A program made the translations under genes and the position numbers. A DNA stretch of 64,000 nucleotides from Octopus sinensis. Taxonomy: Eukaryota. The notes under the pieces are model-generated. The model did not search any database, was not told the DNA's origin, and saw nothing but the letters and a program-made list of their open reading frames with translations. The DNA lies in assembly GCF_006345805.1 (NCBI RefSeq), contig NC_043006.1, positions 38,006,001 through 38,070,000 of the forward strand. Reading direction: 5' to 3'. Of this stretch, positions 52,655-64,000 are shown in pieces (within the stretch, counting starts at the first letter, position 1; each line of letters opens with the position of its first letter).

Positions 52655-53658
52655 TGGGAGTATATCACTACATATATGCCTATACACCAAATAGTATATT
52701 CATATAGGAGTGTGTACACTCTAGACGTCTGTGACCATATATACACACACTCACACACGAAAACACACATGTAGTTCACATTTCCAAAGACATCATTCTG
52801 GTTTCTTTGGCAACAGAATAGTTACCATAGCAACTAAAAAGGAAAAAAAAAAAAATTCTAAAGCAATACTTTTGTTTTAACCAAATATATATTTATAAAC
52901 ATACATAAGCATATTCACACGTATTACATTGATGCCACTATAAACATCTATACATTCAGACATATGCACTCTTGTACTAAATCTTACATTAATGTGTGTG
53001 TGTATGTGTGTGAGCATATGACAATCCACAGGTGTTTACATAAAACCTTGCATAATCACATATAATTATATACATATAAACAGGTATATAGTATATATAG
53101 GGATATATAGATATATATAGAGGAATATATATATATATATATATATATAGGGGTGTATATATATTTCATTAATATTATGGCACACACATACAGACACACA
53201 CATACACACATATTACACACACACACACACACACATACAGAGACACACATACGCATAACAAACACACACATATATTCAAACACACAGACATAAACACAAG
53301 CACACATACAGACACACACATACATATATATTCACACAGACACACACACCCATACACAAACACACATACACACACACATATTGAAGAGACATTGAAGAAC
53401 ACATGGACACACAGACGTCCTCATACGCACTCATCCATCCACACACGCATAGACACACAGACTCACCCAATCACACATACACGTGGTCCCATGTACAAAG
53501 ACATCATTCTAGTTTCTATGTCAATGAAACGGTTCTCATGGCAACCATGAAATAACAGAATAAAAATTCTACATTTATTCTGTATTTATTTTAGTGTTAT
53601 ATATACATATACACACATGCATATGTATATAGATATGTGTGAGAGTGTGTGTGGTGTG

Positions 53659-53713
<55 letters not shown>

Positions 53714-53743
53714 CATATATATATATATATGTTTGTGTGCGTG

Positions 53744-54002
53744 TGAAGGCACGTGGCTTAGTTGTTAGGGCATTCCGCTCATGATCGTAAGGTTGTGAGT
53801 TCAATTCCTGACAACACACTTTATTTCACATTGCTCTGAGGGCCAGCCTTGTTACACTCTGTGTCACACTGAATCTCCCTCAGAACTGCATTAAGGGTAC
53901 ACATGTCTGTGGAGTGCTCAGCCACTTGTACATTAATTTCATAAGCAGGCTGTTCTGTTGATCGTATCAGCTGGGACCCTCATTGTCGTAACCGATGGAA
54001 TG

Positions 54003-54003
<1 letters not shown>
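53744..54003 (+). mobile_element. SINE D-type element with internal deletion
   Basis: GAAGGCACGTGGCTTAGTTGTTAGGG head; body matches 46800-46980. Confidence 0.75.
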
Positions 54004-54079
<76 letters not shown>

Positions 54080-54270
54080 TTTCCTCCTTCATATTCCTAA
54101 TAGGTCTTCAGCCAACAGGTTTTGGGGTCTGATTAATTGCCATAAAGGTATAAATCCCTTGCAGATGGGAAACCTAAAGTAATCCCATATATCAGCCTTC
54201 CCCACTTTTAATATATATATATACACCCATATGTGTGTATATAGACAAACAGATATATAGAGAGATAGAT

Positions 54271-54690
54271 CGTCTCCAATGGAAGAGTCCATTATATATT
54301 ACAATCGAGAGGGTGAATGGCAATGACCCCTTTTTGCGTGCAGTTTGTGACAGACCATGCCTTACTTTTTCTGGGCTCAAATCTCATTTGCAAACCAATG
54401 GAAAACGAAATTCCACTAACTGTTCTGCCTATATGTTTGTGCACACCTTTCAATGCAGTGTATGCCAGGAGGCTTGCAAATCTAACGGAGGCCTCAAAAG
54501 ACATTTTAAGATCCACAAAGATCAGAACTTATCTGCAGCTCTTGGTGGTCCAAATCGGATATGCAATCTATGTGGGTGTCTTTTCAAAACATTTTCTGAT
54601 TTAAAAAACCACGTCAGATGCCATGATGGTTCTAAGGTGTAGGTACAGGAGGTGGTCAAACTCTGCATAAGGAGTAGACAACCACCATAT
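54271..54690 (+). mobile_element. RTE-like LINE 3' fragment encoding three C2H2 zinc fingers
   Basis: ..[58 protein letters not shown]; ~45-nt 3'UTR then (CATA)n tail; no TGEKP linkers. Confidence 0.7.
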
Positions 54691-54870
54691 ATGTACATAC
54701 ATACATACATACATACATACATACATACATACATACATACGTGTATATATATATATGTATATGTATGTATGTATGTATGTATATATATATGGTGGTTGTC
54801 GGATCTTTGTGGATGTTAAAATGTCTTTTGAGGCCTCCGTTAGATTTGCAAACCTCCTGGCATACACTGC

Positions 54871-54911
<41 letters not shown>

Positions 54912-55429
54912 TGGCTGTGTGGTAAGAAGTTTGTTTCCCAACCATATGATTCTGAGTTCAGTCCTACTGTGTGGCACCTTCAGCAAGTGTCTTCTACTAT
55001 AGCTGCAGGCTGACCAAAGCCTTGTGAGTGGATTTGGTAGATGGAAACTGAAAGAAGCCTTTTTAACCTCACATCCACACCTGCATCTATAAAAGAAATC
55101 ATATCCTTTTATTTGTTTCAGTCATTTGAATGTAGCCATGCTGGAGCACCACCTTTAGTTGAACAAATCGACCCCAGGACATATTCTTTGTTAGCCTAGA
55201 ATTTATCTAACGGCCTCTTTTTGCTGAACTGCTAAGTTACGGGGACATAAACACATCAACATCAGTTGTCAAGCGATGGTGGGAGACAAACACAGACACG
55301 CAAATACATACTGTTAAACACTTCGGTGTGCAAATTAGGGACTCCTTCATAGAGTAACTGCTGCATTTGTTGAGTATATAAACAGTTTGGCTGCTTGTTT
55401 CTCTGGAGACTATTAGAATTATGTGGGCA

Positions 55430-55470
55430 CCTCTGATGAGAACACAATAAGGTTCAAAAACCAATTAAGG
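55430..55470 (+). ncRNA. Degenerate minimal hammerhead in a PLE-end-like insert (~55312-55540) inside a SINE A linker
   Basis: CCT-CTGATGA-GAAC[8]GTTC-AAAA-ACCAAT-TA-AGG (G12 lost at a CpG); TATATAAA upstream. Confidence 0.6.
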
Positions 55471-55544
55471 CTGTTCATCATTTTTTTTCAGAGAAATGGC
55501 TAAAAGTTGCCCAGTTTATAATTATACCATGTGTTACATGTACA

Positions 55545-55577
<33 letters not shown>

Positions 55578-56068
55578 GACGTGCTTCTTTCAGTTTCCAT
55601 CAACCAAATCCACTCACAAGGCTTTTGGTCAGCCTGAAGCTACAACAGAAGACACTTGCCCAAAGTGACGCACAATGGGACTGAACCTGGAACCATGTGG
55701 TTGGGAAGCAAGCTTCTTACCACACATTTACTCCTACACCTCAACACAATGTTTTAAAGTATCCATTTTGTATCAATATATCATTCTGAATGCATGCACA
55801 TAGACACACACACAAATGCACATGCTATGTGTGTGTGGTCAGCAGCTGATGTATAAATGCCAACAACAGGCATAGGAATGGCTGTGTGGTAGGCATAGGA
55901 GTGACTGTGTGGTAAGTAGCTTGCTTACGAACCACATGGTTTTGGGTTTAGTCCCACTGCGTGGCACCTTGGGCAAGTGTCTTCTACTATAGCCTCGAGC
56001 CGAGCAAAGCCTTGTGAGTGGATTTGGTAGATGGAAACTGAAAGAAGCCTGTCGTATATATGTATATG

Positions 56069-56100
<32 letters not shown>

Positions 56101-56110
56101 ATATATATAT

Positions 56111-56690
56111 CATCATCATCATCATCATCATCAATTAACGTCCGCTTTCCATGCTAGCATGGGTTGGACGGTTCAACTGGGGTCTGGGGAGCCCGAAAGC
56201 TGCACCAGTCCAGTCAGATCTGGCAGTGTTTCTACAGCTGGATGCCCTCCTAACGCCAACCACTCCGAGAGTGTAGTGGGTGATTTTATGTGCCACCGAC
56301 ACAGGTGCCAGACGAGGCTGGCAAACGGCCACGCTCGGATGGTGTTTTTATGTTGCCACCGACACAGGTGCCAGACGAGGCTGGCAGACGGCCACGCTCG
56401 GATGGTGTTTTTTTATGTGCCACGACACAGGTGCCAGACGAGGCTGGCAGACGGCCACGCTCGGATGGTGTTTTTATGTGCCACCGACACAGGTGCCAGA
56501 CGAGGCTGGCAGACGCCACGCTCGGATGGTTGTTTTTATGAGGCTGGCAAACGGCCACGATCGGATGGTGCTTGTTACGTGCCCACAGCACGGAGGCCAG
56601 TCGATGCGGTACTGGCTACGGCCACGTTCGGATGGTTTTCTTATGTGCCACGTGCCACAAAGATACAAATTCAAATTCCATTGATGTTCA
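56111..56690 (-). mobile_element. RTE-tailed SINE-like family C with expanded ~58-bp internal repeats, nested in SINE A (55868-57082)
   Basis: (CAT)n tail, GGATGCCCT(T)CCTAACGCCAACC motif, about four to five copies of the GCCACCGACACAGGTGCCAGACGAGGCTGGC...CGCTCGGATGG unit. Confidence 0.85.
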
Positions 56691-56807
56691 TATTCCATTG
56701 ATGTTCAAATTCCATTGATGTTCAAATTCCATTGATGTTCATATATATATATATATATATAACGGGAAGCTTTATGAAAATAGACAAAAGACGAAGGCAG
56801 GTGAGAA

Positions 56808-56840
<33 letters not shown>

Positions 56841-57215
56841 ATATATATACACAAGTTTGTGTGTGTGTATATGTTTGTGTGTCTGTGTTTGTCCCCCCAA
56901 CATCGCTCGACAACTGATGCTTGTGTGTTTACGTCCCTGTAACTTAGCGGTTCGGCAACAGAGACCAAGAGAATAAGTACTAGGCTTACAAAGAATAAGT
57001 CCTGGGGTTGATTTGCTTGACTAAAGGCAGTGCTCCAGCATGGCCGTAGTCACATGACTGAAACAAGTAACAGAAAAGAGTAAAAACACATTCTTCCTTA
57101 TACTTACATATATATCTGCTCATACTGTATATACCAGAGTAAGCACATAAATGTGAAATGAGGTGGCAAAAAATAGTACTCAAATACCGGAAGTAGAGTA
57201 ATATGCTTTATTAAT

Positions 57216-57357
57216 AAAGCTGTAAAAACATCACAAAAACTGCTACTCAGAGTTTCATGCTCCCATTTGTCAGACAGTTTTTTTCTCAACCAAAACTGTT
57301 CAACGAACAGGAATGTGAAACTCTGAATACCTGTTTTGATGAAGTTTATGCAGCTTT
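57216..57357. mobile_element. Inverted pair of PLE-end-like arms, each with a decayed hammerhead (57240-57277 minus; 57296-57333 plus)
   Basis: Minus arm CTGT-CTGACAA-ATG[GGAG]CAT-GAAA-CTCTGAG-TA-GCAG; plus arm CTGT-TCAACGA-ACA[GGAA]TGT-GAAA-CTCTGAA-TA-CCTG. Confidence 0.7.
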
Positions 57358-57598
57358 ACTTGTTTCAGTCTTGTGACTGTGGCCATGCTGGAGCACCGCC
57401 TTTAGTCGAGCAAATCGACCCCAGGATTTATTCTTTGTAAGCGTAGTACTTATTCTATCAGTCTCTTTTGCCGAACCGCTAAGTAATGGGGACATAAAAC
57501 ACTCCAGCATCGGTTATCAAGCAATGCTAGGGGGACAAACACAGACACACAAACATATACACACACATACATATATAAATATATATATATAATATATA

Positions 57599-57637
<39 letters not shown>

Positions 57638-57813
57638 TATATATACACATATATACGAAGGGCTTCTTTAAGTTTCCATCTACCAAATCCACTCACAAGG
57701 CTTTGGTCGGGCCGAGGCTATAGTATAAGACACTTGCCCATGGTGCCACGCAGTGGGACTGAACCCAGAACCATGTGGTTCATAAGCAAGCTACTTACTA
57801 CACAGCCACTCCT
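57355..57813 (-). mobile_element. SINE family A
   Basis: Full reverse-complement copy. Confidence 0.9.
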
Positions 57814-57992
57814 ACTCTGTTTACATATATATAATGTAAACAGAGTTAGCAGTTATAGTAACTGACCAAGGGATAAAATATCCGTAAATACTATCGGTAT
57901 CCGTTACCTGTATTATCCTTGCGCATTGGTGTGCACACCAAACACGTAGAGTGCAACAGGATAAACAAGAATTTATCAGGAAGCAAATGCAA

Positions 57993-58186
57993 ATAATTAG
58001 AAAATGGAGAAAACCTCAGATGAACCAAAACATCGATTGGATGACATTTATAGCTTATTTTTTAATACAAAGCATCACATAATATCATTTATTTTGCTAT
58101 GTCATACTTTATATTAAAAAATAAGCTATACATGTGGTTCAATCGATGTGTTGGTTCATCTGTGGTTTTCTCCAGTTTCTTATTAT
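57993..58186. repeat. ~89-bp imperfect inverted repeat (foldback)
   Basis: GGAGAAAACCTCAGATGAACCAAAACATCGATTG..TATAGCTTATTTTTTAATA / TATTAAAAAATAAGCTATA..CAATCGATGTGTTGGTTCATCTGTGGTTTTCTCC. Confidence 0.9.
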
Positions 58187-58288
58187 ATACATATATATAT
58201 ATGTACATATACATATCTACATATATGTACATATATATATTTGGTTGTTTGTTATGTCAGTCAAAGTTCTTTCTCATCATTCTCTTAA

Positions 58289-58509
58289 CCCTTTTGATAG
58301 TAACCTGGCTGAAACCACCTCTGGTTCTGAGTACAAATGTCTTGTTTCCAAAAGTTTTAAATTAAAATCTTCCACCAAACCTTAGTCACAATTTATGTTC
58401 CTAACACTAGGTGAATGATAACTAAGTTATTTTACTCAATTCTTTGTTATATTTAAAATTAATTGAATGAAAAACAGAGAATCTCAACAGAATAATGGTC
58501 ACGAAAGGG
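58289..58509. mobile_element. piggyBac-like MITE family 2 (complete); second copy at 58541-58757
   Basis: TTAA-CCCTTT ... AAAGGG-TTAA. Confidence 0.85.
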
Positions 58510-59059
58510 TTAAATTATATAATAGAGAAGCAATTCTTAACCCTTTCATTACCCACCTGGCTGAAACCGCTTCTGGCTCTGTAGTACAAATGTTTTGTTT
58601 TCATAAGTTTTGAATTAAAATCTTCCACCAAACCTTAGTCACAATTTATGTTCCTAACACTAGCTTAACGATAACTAAGTTATTTTACTAAATTTCTTTG
58701 TTATACTTAATGTAATTGAAAGAAACATAGAGCATCTCAACAGAAATACAGTAATGTTACAACAATCTTAAGACACAACAAAATTTGATTCAACACATGA
58801 ATTCACAACAAGAATCATGCAAACCAAATATCAAATTGAAGATACGTATGGGAAAGGTCTATTACAAAGAGACAACAGAGTATTGCTTTTAGTAGGAGAG
58901 GTTGGGAAGGTGAAAGGGGCGGGGAGTAAAGAGTAGGATCAGAATAAAACAGGTGACACTTAGCTAAGAGAAGTTAGTATAAATCAAGGCAGTTTTGAAA
59001 ATGACAGGAGCAATGAACAAGAAGACAAAAATAACAATTGAGATATTAGCGATTGGAAA

Positions 59060-59475
59060 CATCATCATCATCATCACTTAACGTCCGCTTTCCATGCTAG
59101 CATGGGTTGGACGGTTCAACTGGGGTCTGGGGAGCCCGAAGGCTGCACCAGGCCAGTCAGATCTGGCAGTGTTTCTACAGCTGGATGCCCTTCCTAACGC
59201 CAACCACTCCGAGAGTGTAGTGGGTGATTTTATGTGCCACCGACACAGGTGCCAGACGAGGCTGGCGAACGGCCACGCTCGGATGGTGTTTTTTATGTGC
59301 CACCGACACAGGTGCCAGACGAGGCTGGCGAACGGCCACGATCAGATGGTGTTTGTTACGTGCCCACAGCACGGAGGCCAGTCGATGCGGTACTGGCTAC
59401 GGCCACGTTCGGATGGTTTTCTTGTGTGCCACCGGCACTGGTACCACAAAGATACAAATTCCATTGATGTTCATC
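59060..59475 (-). mobile_element. Family C element with two internal repeats
   Basis: Near-identical to 56111-56690 apart from repeat number. Other family C pieces near 6502, 7500, 29920, 31931, 32640, 37937, 43500 and 47687. Confidence 0.85.
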
Positions 59476-60475
59476 TATTTTGATTTGTTTAATGAAAAAA
59501 TGAAAAGCTGAGACAATGTGAAAGGGTAAGATTTTGATAGATTACATGAACTGTTAGGAGACCCACTTTATCGTAAGGAAAAGTATCAGAAAGAAACTCA
59601 TTATAATTGACTAACAAGTGGTTGGAGTCTGAGATGATGGACAAACAGTAATACGCAATAGAAATGGATGTGTAATTAGAGCCATAATACCAATAATAAT
59701 AATTCACATGCTTCTGTGTTCTTAACTATTCAATTGTTTGTTTAAGGTATCCGTAGAACAATCAATTTGGTTGTTTGTTATGTTAGTCAAAGTACTTTCG
59801 TCATCATTCTCTTAACCCTTTTGATACTAACCTTGATTTTGTTTTGTTTCAAAGCCCATGTACAATACACAGGTCCACAAGAATGGTAGCCACTGCTTCA
59901 CTAACACTACTCAACAATAAGTCAAAGTGTTCTTTGCCATCCTTCTTCACCCCAAACGAACCCTAAAATAACAATTTCTTATCATTTGTTATTATTTCTA
60001 TACTGGACTTTGTGACTGAAATGCAGCATGCGGAACAAAAACCCTAAAAGTTTCCCTCCAACAACTCCTCTGCCATCAGCTCTAAAACCTACCTGATCAC
60101 TCACACTTCCTTCCCATATTACGTACTGACCCTTTTGTCATAATTACTGCTATCTGCCTTAATTCTAATGCCATCTCATTTGAGCCAACATATTCCCTCA
60201 CCTCCACAGAACATAGAACAGAAGTTAATGCAAGATCAGTTGCATGACTCATAATTTCACGCACAGAAATACTTCAAAGTCACTGCCTCTATTAACACAG
60301 ATACTGGCATGAAAGGCCAACTAGATGCACAGATACAAAACACTTTTATATTTGTACATACATGTGTGCATGCATATATATATATATATATATATATACA
60401 TGCACACACATACACACATATAAATATATATGTGTATATGTGTATATATATATATATATACAAATATATATACAA

Positions 60476-60509
<34 letters not shown>

Positions 60510-60554
60510 ATATGTACATTTATGTGTTTACTCCGGTATATATATATATAAATG

Positions 60555-60588
<34 letters not shown>

Positions 60589-61518
60589 CATATATATTTA
60601 TTTATAGATACATATATATATATATATGTGTGTATATGTATATATATATATATACACACACACACGCATACACATATATATACACATACATATATATGTA
60701 TATATGTATATGTAGGTATATGTGTGTGTACATATATACGTATGTGTATATATACATATGTGCATGTGTGTAAATATTTCTATATTTATTACATGGTTGT
60801 GTGCATGCATATATATGTATATGTATTTTTGAAACGTCCTTTCGTCATTCAGTTTTGCATGTGTGTATGTGTGTGTGATTGTGTGTATCTATGCAGAATT
60901 CTTTCTTTCTTTCTTTCTTTCTTTGCTATGATGGTTGTTGTGTTACCATAGAAACCAGATTGACGTCTCTGAAAATGCGACCAATTGTGTGTGCATATGA
61001 ATGTAACTATGTGAGTGTGGATATTTGAATGTATTTATAACCCCACCCTCGTTGACATTATTTTAGAGATGTGGGAGCAGGGCCTTACACAGGGACAATG
61101 TCCTACAGATTTATGTACAAGGCAGGCTTATAAACTGGTGTTATCTTGGGTCAAACACCCTGAATAACGAAGTGTACATCTTATCTGGGGTTCACAATGA
61201 AACCCATTTGATTCAACACATTCTCAAAATTTTTACATTTGCGTGAATTCTTACTGTGTACCTTTTACCTTCCATTTGTATCAGTTATTGAACAGCAGCC
61301 ATGCTGGGGCACCACCTTGAAAGGTTTTAGTCAAATAAATTGACCCGAGTACTTTTTTTTTTTAAAGTCTGGTACTTGCTCTATCAGGTTGTTTGCTGAA
61401 CCGCTAAGTTATGAAGATGTAAAAAAAAAATCAACACCAGTTTTCAAGCAGTTATAGTGTAGACAAACTCAGATATAAAGACACATACAAATATGCACAC
61501 AAATATATAAATATTCAA

Positions 61519-61599
61519 GGCTCTGATGAAGCTATAAAGTGTTACCCAGGCACTGAACTGTGAGTCCACTGCATCTCACAGCAGAAACAACTGTAAGCC
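61519..61599 (+). ncRNA. Minimal hammerhead (A.A at base of stem II)
   Basis: GGCT-CTGATGA-A-GCT[loop]AGC-A-GAAA-CAACTG-TA-AGCC. Confidence 0.72.
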
Positions 61600-61664
61600 A
61601 ATGAACTTCATAAGATAATTATTTATTCCTTTTCATCTCATTTTCTTATATATGTGTGTATGTA

Positions 61665-61732
<68 letters not shown>

Positions 61733-61734
<2 letters not shown>

Positions 61735-62310
61735 GTAATCCCTTGCCAGTGAAGGCACATGGCTCAGTGGTTAGAGCGTCGAGCTTACGATCATGAGGTT
61801 GTGAGTTCGAATCCTGGACCGGACTGCGTGTTGTGTTCTTGAGCAAGACACTTTATTTCATGTTGCTCCAGTTCACTCAGCTGTAGAAATGAGTTGTGAT
61901 GTCACAGGTGCCAAGCTGTATAGGCCCCTTTGCCTTTCCCTTGGATAACATTGGTGTCATTGAGCAGGGAGGCTGGTATGCATGGGTGACAGCTGGCCTT
62001 CCATAAAAACAACCTTGCCCGGACTTGTGCCTGGGAGGGTAACTTTTCAAGTGCAATCCCATGGTCAGTCATGATTGAAGGGGGTCTCCGCAATCCCTCG
62101 CCATATTGTGGTTTACTTACTGTGGTTTATTATTTAAGCTTACATCGATCCCTCCATGGTTTTGTTTTGCATTTATAATAAAATAGATATATGCAAATTA
62201 TAAAAATAATTTTAAAAAATATACAGTACAGTGGTGTTTCTACTTTGCAGATTTTCGCCTATCACAGGGGGTTTTGAAACATAACACCCATGACAGTCGA
62301 AGAATTACTG
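61733..62310. mobile_element. pogo/Tigger-like MITE with a full SINE D inserted (61749-62091)
   Basis: TIR CAGTAATCCCT(T/C)G / CGAAGAATTACTG-TA; SINE TSD AATCCCTYGCCA at 61737 and 62092. Confidence 0.75.
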
Positions 62311-62318
62311 TATATATA

Positions 62319-62353
<35 letters not shown>

Positions 62354-62441
62354 AGAGATAATGGTTTTTATCTTATTACACAAAAAATTCTTGTATATAT
62401 AATTTATCGAATGAATGTATGTTCGGCCTTTAACAGGAATT

Positions 62442-62473
<32 letters not shown>

Positions 62474-62478
62474 ATATA

Positions 62479-62863
62479 GGCACAGGAGTGGCTGTGTGGT
62501 AAGTAGCTTGCTTACCAACCACATGGTTCCAGGTTCAGTCCCACTGCTTGGTACCTTGGGCAAGTGTCTTCTACTATGGCCTTGGGCTGATCAAAGCCTT
62601 GTGAGTACATTTGGTAGACGTCATGTATATATATCCATATATATATATGTAAGTGTGTGTATATGTTTGTGTGCCTGTGTTTGTTCCCCCAACATAGCTC
62701 GACAACCGATGCTGGTGCGTTTACATCCCGGTAACTTAGCAGTTCGATAGAATAAGTACTAAGCTTACAAAGAATATGTCCTGAGATCGATTTGCGCAAC
62801 TAAAGGCCGTGCTCCAGCATGGTCGCAGTCAAATGACTGAAACCAGTAAAAGAGTAAAAGAGA
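62479..62863 (+). mobile_element. SINE family A
   Basis: Head-core-tail with deletions. Confidence 0.9.
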
Positions 62864-63100
62864 GTTGGCCAAAAGTCACCCGACAGTAACTCAAAATTCC
62901 AAAAATATTTAATATTCAATTTTATTTATTCATTCCAATTATGAATGTTTAATAATTGAATGCTGTGAGTTAAAATCGTTTTTTGCTTTCAACATTTGTC
63001 TATTTATTAGCAAAGTCTCATATAAGATATTTTTTTTTGTTTTAATCTTGGAATTAAGCGGTTTTGATTTACTGTCAGGTGACTTTTGACCAACCATGTA
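62864..63100. mobile_element. Tc1/mariner-type MITE
   Basis: GTTGGCCAAAAGTCACCCGACAGTAA / TTACTGTCAGGTGACTTTTGACCAAC. Confidence 0.8.
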
Positions 63101-63396
63101 TGTAATACCCACTAAATGTATGAGTGCTTCTTTCTTTCATTTGTCCACTCACCCGTAAATGTGTGTGTATGTGTGTAAGTGATGGGCTTGCACAATTTCT
63201 GACTATTGAATTCATTCATAAGGCAATAGTTGGCCTAAGGCTAAGAGATTAGCAGATACTTGTCTATAGAATGGGACTGAACCTGAAACCACCTGGCTGT
63301 AAAATGGGTTTCTTAACCACATAGTCATGCCAGTGCCTATGTAAATAAGGATTGATGTCTGTGGGCACATGTGTAGGTAGATAGACAGACAGATAT

Positions 63397-63510
<114 letters not shown>

Positions 63511-64000
63511 AGGAGAGAGAGATAGATAGATACATAGATAAACAGATAGAGAGATAGACAGATAGAGAGATAGACAAGACAGACAGGCAAATAGACACAC
63601 AGACTGACAGACAGATACATACATACATACATACATACATACATACATACATACATAGACAGACAAAACAAACAGACAGACAGACAGATAGATAGATAGA
63701 TAGATGGACTGACAGACACATAAATAGATGGATAGATAGACAAATAGATAGATAGATACACATATATATATATATACAACAGTCTTCTTTCAGTTTCCGT
63801 CTACCAAATCCATTTACAAAGCTTTAGTCAGCCCAAGGTTATAGTAGAAGACATTTGCGCAAGGTGCTACGCAATGGGACTGAATCCGGAACCATGTGGT
63901 TGGTAAGCAAGCTACTTACCACACAGATAGATAGATTGATTAATACACACACATACACACACACTGTATGTATAAAAGAAATACATATTCAATTTGTTTC

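Noticed and set aside
54235-54642. Host C2H2 zinc-finger gene
   Set aside because: No TGEKP linkers, first finger degenerate, ORF start lies in a microsatellite, retroelement-like tail.
56282-56570. CRISPR-like regular repeats
   Set aside because: No unique spacers, no cas genes, eukaryotic context; tandem units inside a retroelement.

Overview
AT-rich, microsatellite-saturated eukaryotic DNA with no credible host protein-coding gene. Almost all ORFs in the track are translated microsatellites or SINE sequence. The repeat content (several tRNA-derived SINE families, RTE-tailed short elements, dense (TA)n/(CA)n/(GAT)n tracts) looks like an Octopus genome, probably a large intron or intergenic region; this assignment is from pattern recall, not a database search. 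Recognisable mobile elements: a full-length but dead mariner (28432-29695); CR1, R4/Dong, RTE and C2H2-finger RTE LINE 3' fragments; two Penelope-like (PLE) GIY-YIG fragments; hAT, piggyBac-like, pogo and Tc1-like MITEs; dozens of SINEs. The most notable signal is RNA-level: 13 minimal type-I hammerhead ribozyme motifs in about 9 unrelated sequence contexts. They include a 532-nt non-coding hammerhead element present twice in different circular permutations (retrozyme-like), a tRNA-headed SINE that carries a hammerhead, a U3-A8 core variant, and a recurrent A.A stem-II variant. All folds and coordinates were read by eye.
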